NCBI GenBank assembly: GCA_032128375.1
Contig: JAQBGU010000194.1
Coordinates: 1 to 18,136, forward strand
DNA from: Deltaproteobacteria bacterium
Lineage (GTDB): Bacteria > Myxococcota_A > UBA9160 > SMWR01
Length of the DNA stretch: 18,136 nt
Direction: 5' to 3'
Positions 9,099 through 17,804 of this stretch are shown in pieces. The position numbers and the translations under genes were made by a program. A model generated the notes under the pieces. The model saw nothing but the letters and a program-made list of their open reading frames with translations. It had not been told where the DNA came from and ran no database searches. The stretch's first letter is position 1; each line of letters opens with the position of its first letter.

Positions 9099-10319
9099 GT
9101 GAAGATCCGCCGCCAAGTTCTGTGTATGACGTTCTCGGACGCGGAGCAGTTTCGTCGCGAGTACACGGCCAATCTCGACAACGGCGGCGTGTTCATCGAG
9201 ACGACGGAATCGCTGAGCCTGCGCGAAACGGTCGAGGTGCGATTGGAACTCGCCGGCGTTGCGCAGACGATCTCCGTCCCGGGCGAAGTCGTTCACATCG
9301 TCCCGCCCGAAATGGCCAGTGCCGGCGGCAAGCCAGGCGCGGCAATCCAATTTGGATGCAGCAAGAGCGCGCTGCGCAAGATGCTGGAGCCATTCGCGAG
9401 CCAATGCGAAAGCCTGGATTCGAAACCCGCCGACTCGGGCCAGCGCCGCTCGGCGCGTGTCCCCGCCCAGGTTGCGGTGCGCATCGAGGCCGCTGGCGAA
9501 ACGATCGTTGGGCACACGCGCAACTTGAGCCAGACGGGCGTATTGGTATCGGTCCCGGGCCAGGGCTACCCGGCCGGCGAACAGGTTCGCGTGACGCTCT
9601 CTCACCCACTGACAGAGAAATCACTCAGTGTGGGTGCCGTCGTGGTGCGGGTAGTGGCAACGGTGGGTGGCGTCGTGGCACTCGCGATCGAGTTCGACCC
9701 GGTCGGGTCGGAGCGTGAGAAACTGCACCGCTTCATTCACGAATTGCAGAGCGCCGAACACGCGCGGCGACTGGGCGGGATCTACGGTTCGATCGACGAG
9801 GTCGGTGTTTCGAACCTGCTGCAGATGTTTGGCAAGACTTCGCGTCTGGGGACACTGACGCTTGCGCATGGCGAACAGCAAGCCGTGTTGGGGTTCGAAG
9901 ACGGGCTGATCCGGTGCGCGCAGCTGGGGCCAGTCAGTGGCCTGAAAGCGCTGTCGCGCATCCTGCTTTGGACCGAGGGGTCCTTCGAATTTCACGCGCG
10001 GCTCGAGCCGATCGAGTCGCCCGGTGCGCCACTTCCGTTCGACGCGGCGATGCTGGATTCAACCCACCAAATCGACGAACTCTACCGCCTCGATCTCGAC
10101 GCGTTTCCACCTGAAGCAAGGTTGCGGCTCGTTTCGGGCCGAGATTCGGATGACGACGCAACCGAGAGGGTCGAGCAAGCCGTGCTGGATCTCGCGCGCG
10201 CCGGGTTCAGCATTCAACGAATTCTGGATGTAATTCCCGATCCCGACCCGGAAATCTTGAAAGCGATTTCCGCACTGGTGGATCTGGGGGCGATCCGGGT
10301 CGTTCCCACGGCTCGCTGA
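9099..10319 (+). CDS. Tandem PilZ-domain protein with C-terminal DUF4388 (PatA-N-like) domain; start at GTG 9099 or ATG 9057
   Basis: Domain 1 is TIGR02266/PilZ-like (FRREYTANLDNGGVFIET...GEVVH). Domain 2 is a canonical PilZ with QRRSARV and NLSQTG. These are followed by GSIDEVGVSNLLQMFGKTSRLGTLTL...LLWTEGSFEF (DUF4388-like). GAGGG lies at 9090-9094. Confidence 0.82.
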   Translation: MKIRRQVLCMTFSDAEQFRREYTANLDNGGVFIETTESLSLRETVEVRLELAGVAQTISVPGEVVHIVPPEMASAGGKPGAAIQFGCSKSALRKMLEPFASQCESLDSKPADSGQRRSARVPAQVAVRIEAAGETIVGHTRNLSQTGVLVSVPGQGYPAGEQVRVTLSHPLTEKSLSVGAVVVRVVATVGGVVALAIEFDPVGSEREKLHRFIHELQSAEHARRLGGIYGSIDEVGVSNLLQMFGKTSRLGTLTLAHGEQQAVLGFEDGLIRCAQLGPVSGLKALSRILLWTEGSFEFHARLEPIESPGAPLPFDAAMLDSTHQIDELYRLDLDAFPPEARLRLVSGRDSDDDATERVEQAVLDLARAGFSIQRILDVIPDPDPEILKAISALVDLGAIRVVPTAR

Positions 10320-10376
10320 CGACTGCCCAGCTGCCTGATAGTCTGCCCGCTCGAGCGGACCGACAGGAGGGCAGTG

Positions 10377-11186
10377 ATGAGTGATGAAAACAGCGCAGGG
10401 CCGACACGAGGCGGCCGGTTGGAATCGCGTGTTGCTGTGATCACAGGCGCCGGTAGCGGGATCGGGCGCGAAGCGGCACGGCTGTTCGCTGCCGAAGGTG
10501 CGCGCGTGATCGTGGCCGACCGGGATTTGGATGCCGGACGACGTGTCGTCGGCGAAATCGAGGCCCACGGCGGTCAGGCGCACTTCGTCCCTGGCGACGT
10601 CGCGGTGGCCGCAGACGTCGAGGCGACCGTTGCCGCCGCCGAGCAGACCTACGGCGCTCTGCATGTGATGTTCAACAATGCGGGGATCTTTCCGGCCGCC
10701 GACGGTTCCCCGGTCGACACTCCAGAATCGGTCTGGGATGAGGTCATGAACATCAACCTCAAGGGCGTATTTCTGGGGTGCAAGTACGCGATCCCGGCGC
10801 TGCTGCGCGCCGGAGGAGGATCGATCATCAATACCGCATCGTTCGTGGCCGTCATCGGTGCTGCGACCTCGCAGATCGCCTACACGGCGAGCAAGGGGGG
10901 TGTTCTCGCGATGACCCGCGAGATCGCCGTCGAATACGCGCGCCAGGGGATTCGCGCCAACGCTCTGTGCCCCGGTCCCGTCAATACACCGCTGCTACAG
11001 GAACTGCTCGCGGAACCGGCAGCTCGCGCGCGCCGGCTCGTCCACGTGCCGATGGGGCGCTTGGCCGAGGCCGATGAGATCGCCCGCGCTGCACTCTTTC
11101 TGGCTTCCGACGAGTCGTCCTACGTGAACGGGACGACTTTTCTCGTCGACGGGGGCATCACATCCGCCTACGTGACCGCCGAGTAA
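10377..11186 (+). CDS. Short-chain dehydrogenase/reductase (classical SDR, Rv2857c-like)
   Basis: AGGAGG RBS at 10365-10370. Motifs TGAGSGIG, NNAG, catalytic Ser and YTASK, NALCPGPVNTPLL and FLVDGG. Confidence 0.93.
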   Translation: MSDENSAGPTRGGRLESRVAVITGAGSGIGREAARLFAAEGARVIVADRDLDAGRRVVGEIEAHGGQAHFVPGDVAVAADVEATVAAAEQTYGALHVMFNNAGIFPAADGSPVDTPESVWDEVMNINLKGVFLGCKYAIPALLRAGGGSIINTASFVAVIGAATSQIAYTASKGGVLAMTREIAVEYARQGIRANALCPGPVNTPLLQELLAEPAARARRLVHVPMGRLAEADEIARAALFLASDESSYVNGTTFLVDGGITSAYVTAE

Positions 11187-11266
11187 GTTCGCCGCTTCGC
11201 CGCCATCGCTGCCAGCTGCGAAATCCTTCGGATTTCCGGAGCGCCGACCCGATCTGGGGCACGCCT

Positions 11267-13141
11267 CTAGTTGACTGGGGGGGCGTCGCTGGGCCGCGTT
11301 CGGGTGACGACTTCCGGGTCGTTGATTTCTCGGCGAACGAGTCTGCCGGCGCGATAGATGTCGCGGATGTCGATCTTGCCATCGCCATTCAAGTCTTCGG
11401 CGCGCTCGCTGACCAGGCCACTCGCGTCGAACCGGTCGAAACAATCGATTGTGCCATCTCCATCGGTGTCGCGTTCTTCTGCGGCCAGCGTTCCGTTTTC
11501 GTAGTGAAAGACCCGCTCGGGATCGGTGTTGGCGTCTTCGTCGATCTCGATTCGGATGAGCGGGCTTCCACCGCGGGCGAACACGAAATGGCGATCGGGC
11601 CGGCCCTGGTCCTGGCTATCTTCCCAGATCTCGGCTCGGTGGGTTCCGCGATAGCCGATCCAACGGTCCGGCTGCGCATCACCGTCGGTGTCTTCCTCGC
11701 GTACCAACGGAATGCCGTCGCCGGGGTCGGCGTAGTAGTAACGCGCGAGCACGCCGCCGCTCGGTGCGTAGGCGACCCGCGCGACCACGTTCCCACCCGC
11801 GCGCCGGCGCGCCTCCCACACGCCGAAGGTTTCGGGATCGGGAATCGCAGCCGCTCGCAGCGTCGCGAGCAGACGCTCAGGCGGCATCTCGAGGTCTTCA
11901 TCGAGCACGGCCAGCGCGACCAGCAGGTCGTCGCGACGCCGCCGCTCCTCAGTGAGGCGCGCTTCCGCGGTCGCGATCTGCGCTGGTGACAGCCGGGGGT
12001 CGATCGAATCGGTGTCGTATTCGAGCGGCGATTTCGCTCCCGTTCGTGCGGATCTACGCTCCGCGAGTTCTCGCAGCATGGCGAGCGTGATTTCGGTTTC
12101 CCTCAGGTAAGCGCGCGCGTAGGGGTCTTGTGGGTCGATATGCACCGCTCGTCGAAATGCATCAGCCGCCATCCCGATGTCTCCGCCGGCCAGTTGGACG
12201 CGACCGGCTTCGATCTCTTCGCCGATTCGGATACCGATGCGCGGAAAAAGCGCCCGGACCGCTTCCCGCGACCAGGGTTGCTTCTCGGCCGTTGCATCCT
12301 GCTGGCGCGCGGGTGTCGCGATGGCTGCCCGAACGATGGGCTCGGCCAGTACCAGCTCGAGTGCGCGTCCGATCGCCTGGCTTTCGCACTCCGGTACCGG
12401 GTCCGGGTCGTTCACGACGGCCCGGACCCTCGACACGGCTGCTGCGGCGCGCCCCGGCACTTGCGCTGCGACCCGCAGCCACGCAACCCCGAACGGTCCG
12501 TCCTTGATCGACTCGGCGCAGTACGAGCGATCGATGCGCAGCGAGATGACCGCGCGCGGCGCGTACCGCGGCAGCAAGCGGCGCGCATCGGCCACCGATT
12601 CGGGGTCGTGCTCCAGGAACATCGCGCTGGGCAATCGGATTCGGAGCCGATCGCGCAACGACTCTGCCGCGAGTCGGCCCGTGGGGGCTTGCCTGCTGGC
12701 GAATGGGACGCTCGGGTCGGTTGCAACGAGTACGACCACGAGGCCCTGCGAGCTTTCGGCCATGGGTTGGTCCGGCAGGGGTGCGACCGGATCGATCTGG
12801 TCGGCACGCTTTCGGTGTGACCGCGCTTCGTCGCTGCGGTTTGTGTCTTCGAGCAGACGGGCCAGGGCGCGGTGCAGCTCTGCGTCTTCGGGAGCCATCG
12901 CGATACCGCGCCGCAAATTGCCCTCTGCGTGTTCCAACCTGCCCTCGGCGACCAGTGCGCGGCTGTCCTCCAGCCTTCGGCGCGCATAACGCGCGCGGTC
13001 TGCATCGGTGGCTTCCGGGGCCTGACGAGTGTTCTCTCCCACACAAGCAAGTGACGCCGCCAGACACGCCAACCAGACCCATTTCCACCGTAGGCGATGC
13101 GGATTGGATGGAATTCGTCGTGCAGGGGAGGGCGGGCGCAT
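11267..13141 (-). CDS. Putative lipoprotein with TPR-like helices and C-terminal DxDxDG (Ca2+-binding-like) repeats, 624 aa
   Basis: Basic N-terminus followed by hydrophobic WVWLACLAASLAC (lipobox-like Cys). TPR-like segments LEHAEGNLRRGIAMAPEDAELHRALARLL and AADAFRRAVHIDPQDPYARAYL. C-terminal repeats DTDGDAQPD, DSQDQGRPD, DEDANTDPE, DTDGDGTID and DLNGDGKID. Confidence 0.75.
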   Translation of the reverse strand: MRPPSPARRIPSNPHRLRWKWVWLACLAASLACVGENTRQAPEATDADRARYARRRLEDSRALVAEGRLEHAEGNLRRGIAMAPEDAELHRALARLLEDTNRSDEARSHRKRADQIDPVAPLPDQPMAESSQGLVVVLVATDPSVPFASRQAPTGRLAAESLRDRLRIRLPSAMFLEHDPESVADARRLLPRYAPRAVISLRIDRSYCAESIKDGPFGVAWLRVAAQVPGRAAAAVSRVRAVVNDPDPVPECESQAIGRALELVLAEPIVRAAIATPARQQDATAEKQPWSREAVRALFPRIGIRIGEEIEAGRVQLAGGDIGMAADAFRRAVHIDPQDPYARAYLRETEITLAMLRELAERRSARTGAKSPLEYDTDSIDPRLSPAQIATAEARLTEERRRRDDLLVALAVLDEDLEMPPERLLATLRAAAIPDPETFGVWEARRRAGGNVVARVAYAPSGGVLARYYYADPGDGIPLVREEDTDGDAQPDRWIGYRGTHRAEIWEDSQDQGRPDRHFVFARGGSPLIRIEIDEDANTDPERVFHYENGTLAAEERDTDGDGTIDCFDRFDASGLVSERAEDLNGDGKIDIRDIYRAGRLVRREINDPEVVTRTRPSDAPPVN

Positions 13142-13165
13142 GATTTCTGGGGGCCCCCGGGTGAG

Positions 13166-14770
13166 TCAGCGGGAGATGATCGTGTCGCGAGCGAAACGCT
13201 CGTCACGTTCCGGATGATCGACGTTGTAGTGCAGACCGCGGCTTTCGAGCCGCGAAATGGCCGAATCGATCACGAGCTCGGCAACCGTCGCGAGGTTGCG
13301 CAGCTCGATGAGATCCGGTGTGAGTTTGAAATCCCAGTAGTACTCGGCGATTTCTCGTTGCAGCAGTTCGATGCGGTGCTTGGCGCGCACGAGACGCTTG
13401 TCGCTGCGAACGATGCCGACGTAGTTCCACATCAGCCGTCGAATCTCATCCCAGTTGTGTGTAATGACGACTGCCTCATCACTATGTGTGGCGTCGCCCT
13501 CGCTCCAGGCCGGAACCGAGTCGGTCGCGTCGACGCCGTCTCGCAACCGCGCGGTCGATTCTGTCGCGGCCGCGTCGGCGAACACCAGCGCTTCGAGCAG
13601 TGAGTTGGATGCCAGTCGGTTGGCTCCATGCAGGCCCGTGCAGGCGACTTCGCCCGCTGCGAACAGGTTCGCCAGGCCCGTTTCGCCGGACAGGTTCGTG
13701 TTCACCCCGCCGCAGCAGTAGTGGGCGGCCGGGACGACGGGAATCGGCTCGCGGGTGATGTCGATGCCGAACTCGGCGCAGCGCGCGTAGATGTTCGGAA
13801 ACCGTTCGCGGACGAAGTCGGCGTCGCGGTGTGTCATGTCGAGATAGGCAGAATTGTCGCCGGAGCGCTTGAGCTCGGTATCGATTGCGCGTGCCACGAT
13901 ATCGCGAGGGGCCAGCTCCTTGAGCTCGTGGTAGCGCTCCATGAATGCGTCACCGTCTGCGCTGCGCAGGATGCCGCCTTCGCCGCGCATCGCTTCGCTG
14001 ATCAAGAAGGATTTGGCCTGCGGGTGATACAGACAGGTCGGGTGGAATTGCACGAACTCCATGTTGCCGAGTGACGCACCCGCGCGGTAGGCCATCGCCA
14101 TTCCGTCGCCGGATGCGATATCCGGGTTGGACGTGTACAGGTAGATCTTGCCGGCGCCGCCGGTCGCCAGCATCGTGATCCGCGCCAGGAAGCGCAGCAC
14201 ATGGCCGGTTCGGTCATCGAGCACATAGGCGCCCAGTGCGCGGTCTTTGCCGGGTTGGCCGGCTCGTCGAGCCGTGACCAGATCGACCGCACAGTGGGTC
14301 TCGAACACCGTGATCTTGGGGTGTGCCCGCACGCGTGCCAACAACACGCGCTCGATTTCGCGCCCGGTGGTGTCGCGGTGGTGCAGGATACGACGCTGGC
14401 TGTGGCCGCCCTCGCGTCCGAGGTCGAACTCGGTTCGACCGGTCGTCGTCAGTCTGATCTGGTCGAAATCTGCGCCGAGTTTCAACAGCCCGTCGATCAT
14501 CGCGGGCCCGCGTTCGATGACCCGGTTCACCACCGTTTCGCGACACAAACCGGCGCCGGCGGAGATGGTGTCGCGGGCGTGTGATTCGAACGAATCCTCG
14601 TCCGAGATCACCGCTGCGATGCCGCCCTGCGCCCAGTTGGTGGCTGAGTCGGCCGCCTGCTTCTTGGTGACGATACCGACGGTTCCGTACTGCGCGACCT
14701 GCAGGCTGTAATATAGGCCTGCGATCCCGCTTCCGATGACCAGGACGTCGAAGTCTTGGCGGTCGTGCAT
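13166..14770 (-). CDS. nadB: L-aspartate oxidase
   Basis: VIGSGIAGL (FAD binding), [66 protein letters not shown] and ESRGLHY. GGAG lies upstream on the - strand. Confidence 0.97.
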   Translation of the reverse strand: MHDRQDFDVLVIGSGIAGLYYSLQVAQYGTVGIVTKKQAADSATNWAQGGIAAVISDEDSFESHARDTISAGAGLCRETVVNRVIERGPAMIDGLLKLGADFDQIRLTTTGRTEFDLGREGGHSQRRILHHRDTTGREIERVLLARVRAHPKITVFETHCAVDLVTARRAGQPGKDRALGAYVLDDRTGHVLRFLARITMLATGGAGKIYLYTSNPDIASGDGMAMAYRAGASLGNMEFVQFHPTCLYHPQAKSFLISEAMRGEGGILRSADGDAFMERYHELKELAPRDIVARAIDTELKRSGDNSAYLDMTHRDADFVRERFPNIYARCAEFGIDITREPIPVVPAAHYCCGGVNTNLSGETGLANLFAAGEVACTGLHGANRLASNSLLEALVFADAAATESTARLRDGVDATDSVPAWSEGDATHSDEAVVITHNWDEIRRLMWNYVGIVRSDKRLVRAKHRIELLQREIAEYYWDFKLTPDLIELRNLATVAELVIDSAISRLESRGLHYNVDHPERDERFARDTIISR

Positions 14771-14787
14771 GCGTCTCCAGTTTTCTA

Positions 14788-14881
14788 CAGACTCTTCAGG
14801 CCAGGTTCTTCAGATCAGGTTCTTCAAATCAGGTTCTTCAGATCAGGTTCTTCAGATCAGGTTCTTCAGGTCAGTTTCTTC
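14788..14881. repeat. Tandem array of about 7 x 14 bp, consensus caggttcttcagat
   Basis: Units at 14788 (cagactcttcaggc), 14802, 14816 (..caaat), 14830, 14844, 14858 (..caggt) and 14872 (cagtttcttc, degenerate). Confidence 0.95.
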
Positions 14882-15145
14882 GCCGGGACTGTTCTCGAAA
14901 CGGAGTTCGTGTGTCAGTTGTGCGGTATCTCTGCTCTAATTCTGTTCTTCCTGTTCTTTCTACTGGCTTTTTTCGCACTTTTTTCGAACTAAGGGAGCGG
15001 CTCGGTGTCTCCGATTACAGAACATCCACCGGCATGTAGCCGAGTTTACCGGTGGGGCTTTCCGGAGCAATATCCCCACGGGGCATTCAGCGATCGAGTC
15101 AGTTCGGTGATCGGGTCGTGTGGACAGGTTGGGGGTGTGAGAGCA

Positions 15146-15793
15146 GTGATCAAACCCACCACCCGCCGAAGCTCGCCAGCCGTCGCGATGCCAGGGGCGC
15201 TGCTATTGTGGTTGATGTCGTTGTTGTCGTTGTTTATGTCGTTGTTCATCTGGATCGAACCCAGCCGAGCTGACGGGGGGGTGTATACCTTCATCGATTC
15301 TCGCGGCGTCACGCACTTCTCCAACGTTCCGAACGATCCGCGTTACGTGCTGATACCGAAGCGTGCGAAGGCCAGGCACACGCGTCCGGCGCCTCAGAAT
15401 TGGGGCTACGACGGCCTGATTCGCTTGACGGCTGCCGAGCATCGTGTGTCCCCGGCTTTGGTCAAGGCTGTGATCGCAGCGGAGTCGAGCTTCAACCAGC
15501 TTGCGGTTTCCAACAAGGGTGCTCAGGGACTGATGCAGTTGATGCCGGAGACAGCCGCGGAACTCGGTGTGATGGATGCGTTTTCTGCTGACCAGAACGT
15601 CGACGGCGGCGCGCGTTACCTGCGCGAAATGCTGGATCGGTACGGAGACCTCAGCCGAGCCGTCGCGGCATACAACGCCGGACCGACTGCGGTCGATCAC
15701 TACCGAGGTATCCCGCCTTACCCGGAGACCCGGGATTACGTCAAGCGCGTTCTGACCTACTATCGCCACTATCATGGCGACTTCGGTCAATGA
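15146..15793 (+). CDS. Lytic transglycosylase (SLT domain) with N-terminal signal/TM segment and DUF4124-like domain; start uncertain (GTG 15146 or ATG 15188)
   Basis: Hydrophobic ALLLWLMSLLSLFMSLFIW, then VYTFIDSRGVTHFSNVP (DUF4124-like). SLT motifs AVIAAESSFN (catalytic Glu), GAQGLMQLMPETA, AAYNAGP and PPYPETRDYV. Confidence 0.92.
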   Translation: MIKPTTRRSSPAVAMPGALLLWLMSLLSLFMSLFIWIEPSRADGGVYTFIDSRGVTHFSNVPNDPRYVLIPKRAKARHTRPAPQNWGYDGLIRLTAAEHRVSPALVKAVIAAESSFNQLAVSNKGAQGLMQLMPETAAELGVMDAFSADQNVDGGARYLREMLDRYGDLSRAVAAYNAGPTAVDHYRGIPPYPETRDYVKRVLTYYRHYHGDFGQ

Positions 15794-16430
15794 CGGACGG
15801 GTCGGGGGGCCCGAGACCGTCGGCGGCTCCAACCCGTATCCTCACGAGATCTTCTGGAACCTGCCCAACACGATCACCGTCGTGCGGGTGGGTGTCGTGC
15901 CCATTCTGCTCGTGCTGCCGTGGTGGCACAATTGGACCGGCAGCCAGGTCATCGGTTGGTCGTTCGTCGTTGCCGCACTGACGGATATTCTGGATGGTTG
16001 GCTCGCGCGTCGAGGCCAGCAGGTCACCCGGATCGGCAAGTTGCTCGATCCGCTGGCCGACAAGTTGATCGTTTCCACCGCGCTGATCATGCTGATTACC
16101 GTGGGTCGGATTCCGCTGTGGGCCACCTGGATGGTGGTCGTGATCATTGGCCGAGAACTGGCCGTGACGGGCCTGCGCGGGATTGCATCCGCACACGGAC
16201 GCGTGATGGCCGCAACGAGCTACGGCAAAATCAAAGCGCTCGCACAGAATTTCGCGATCGCTGCACTGCTACTGCACTTTCCGGTGCTTGGGTTGCCGAC
16301 TCATGGGATAGGCTTGACACTGTTGGGTCTGGCAACGGTACTCACACTGGGCTCTGGCTACGCATATTTTTCAGACTACTTCCGAGGTGGAGGAGATTCA
16401 TCTTCCTTCCCTGTGGGGAATGACGGATGA
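15774..16430 (+). CDS. pgsA: CDP-diacylglycerol--glycerol-3-phosphate 3-phosphatidyltransferase
   Basis: NLPNTITVVR, the CDP-alcohol phosphotransferase motif DILDGWLARR...GKLLDPLADK, GRELAVTGLR and GKIK, with multiple TM segments. Confidence 0.92.
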   Translation: MATSVNDGRVGGPETVGGSNPYPHEIFWNLPNTITVVRVGVVPILLVLPWWHNWTGSQVIGWSFVVAALTDILDGWLARRGQQVTRIGKLLDPLADKLIVSTALIMLITVGRIPLWATWMVVVIIGRELAVTGLRGIASAHGRVMAATSYGKIKALAQNFAIAALLLHFPVLGLPTHGIGLTLLGLATVLTLGSGYAYFSDYFRGGGDSSSFPVGNDG

Positions 16431-17740
16431 CACGACTCGACGAACTGAGCGCACGAATCGACGCCAAGGAAGTGCGCGTAGGCGTCATTGGGCTCGGCTA
16501 CGTGGGGCTGCCGCTCGCGATCGAGTTCGGCAAGGCGGGCCTGAAAGTCACGGGCTTCGACCTCGACGAGCAGAAGATCCGATCGATCGAGAAGAACACG
16601 ACTTACATCGAGGATGTTCCCTCCGAAGACATCGCCGCGGCGCGCGCTGCGGGCCTGTTCCACGCGACGACGGACTTCAGTGAACTGAGTTCCTGTGACG
16701 TCATCAACGTGTGCGTTCCCACCCCGCTGACGAAAACCAAGGATCCCGACGTTTCGTACATCGTCCGCGCGCTCGAAGAAATCCGCAAACGCATCCGCGC
16801 CGGCCAGCTCGTGATCCTCGGCAGCACCACCTACCCGGGTACCACGCGCGACCTGTTCGTTCCGATGCTCGAGTCGAGCGGCCTGAAGGTGGGCCACGAC
16901 TTCGCGGTCGCGTTCGCCCCCGAGCGGATCGACCCGGCCAACAAAGACTTCGGCGTGCGTGAAGTCCCCAAGGTCGTGGGCGGCGAAACACAGGTATGCA
17001 CCGACTTGGCGTCGAAGATTTTCGGCCACGTCTTTGCCGAGGTCGTTCCCGTCTCTTCCACCAAGAGCGCAGAGATGGTGAAGCTGCTGGAAAACACCTT
17101 CCGCGCGATCAACATCGGCCTCGCCAACGAGGTGGCGTTGATGTGCCATCGACTCGAGCTCGACGTGTGGGAAGTGATCGAGGCGGCCGCCACCAAACCG
17201 TACGGCTTCATGAAGTTCCTGCCCGGCCCCGGCCTCGGCGGCCACTGCATTCCAGTCGATCCGACCTACCTGGCTTGGAAGATGAAGTCGCTGAATTTCC
17301 CGGCGCGCTTCATCGAACTGGCAACGGAAATCAACGGCCAGATGCCCCGCCACGTGACCGACCGAATCAACGACATGCTGAACGAAGACCGCATCGCGGT
17401 AAACGGCGCGAAGATCCTGGTTCTGGGTGTCGCCTATAAATCAAATGTCTCCGACGTCCGCGAGTCTCCGGCACTCGACATCATGCGCCTGCTCGCCTCC
17501 AAGGGCGCCGAAATCCAGTTCTCCGACCCGCACGTCCGTGAGCTCGAACTCGATGGCATCAGCCACAAGAGCGTCGACCTGACCGACGACACGCTGTCGA
17601 CGGCCGACATCACGGTCGTGATCACCGAGCACGCAGGCATCGACTACGACCACGTCGTCGCGCGCAGCAACCGCATTTTCGACACGCGAAACGCCACCAA
17701 GGACGTCAAAAAAGGCCGCGAAAAGATCCGCAAGCTGTAG
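16427..17740 (+). CDS. UDP-glucose/GDP-mannose dehydrogenase family protein (UDP-N-acetylhexosamine 6-dehydrogenase, WbpA/WecC-like)
   Basis: GVIGLGYVGLP (Rossmann fold), CVPTP, STTYPGTT, PERIDP, AEMVKLLENTFRAINI, PGPGLGGHCIPVDP (catalytic Cys) and AYKSNVSDVRESPA. ATGA overlap with pgsA. Confidence 0.93.
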   Translation: MTRLDELSARIDAKEVRVGVIGLGYVGLPLAIEFGKAGLKVTGFDLDEQKIRSIEKNTTYIEDVPSEDIAAARAAGLFHATTDFSELSSCDVINVCVPTPLTKTKDPDVSYIVRALEEIRKRIRAGQLVILGSTTYPGTTRDLFVPMLESSGLKVGHDFAVAFAPERIDPANKDFGVREVPKVVGGETQVCTDLASKIFGHVFAEVVPVSSTKSAEMVKLLENTFRAINIGLANEVALMCHRLELDVWEVIEAAATKPYGFMKFLPGPGLGGHCIPVDPTYLAWKMKSLNFPARFIELATEINGQMPRHVTDRINDMLNEDRIAVNGAKILVLGVAYKSNVSDVRESPALDIMRLLASKGAEIQFSDPHVRELELDGISHKSVDLTDDTLSTADITVVITEHAGIDYDHVVARSNRIFDTRNATKDVKKGREKIRKL

Positions 17741-17769
17741 CCGCGCGATTCTGCGCAATGCGCAACGGA

Positions 17770-17804
17770 CCATTCGAATTGGCCATTCGAAACCGCCATT
17801 CGAA
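17770..17804. repeat. 3 x ccattcgaa direct repeat with 13 bp period
   Basis: ccattcgaa at 17770, 17783 and 17796, plus a degenerate ccaatgaaa at 17808. Confidence 0.8.

Noticed and set aside
11220..11236. Hairpin gaaatcc-ttc-ggatttc between the convergent SDR and lipoprotein genes as a terminator
   Set aside because: The stem is short and AT-rich with no flanking U-tract on either strand, which is too weak to call.
12128..13206. Several 200-300 aa overlapping ORFs in the lipoprotein region
   Set aside because: They are low-complexity Arg/Ala/Pro/Ser-rich shadow frames. Only 11267..13141 (-) shows a signal peptide and repeat motifs.
14736..14992. Small + strand ORFs with QVLQIRFF / SGSSDQVLQ repeats and a Phe-rich tail
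   Set aside because: They are translations of the 14 bp array and the T-rich tract, overlap the nadB start in antisense, and have no clear RBS. A small membrane peptide cannot be fully excluded.
16376..17353. 325 aa - strand ORF
   Set aside because: It is the antisense shadow of the UDP-sugar dehydrogenase.
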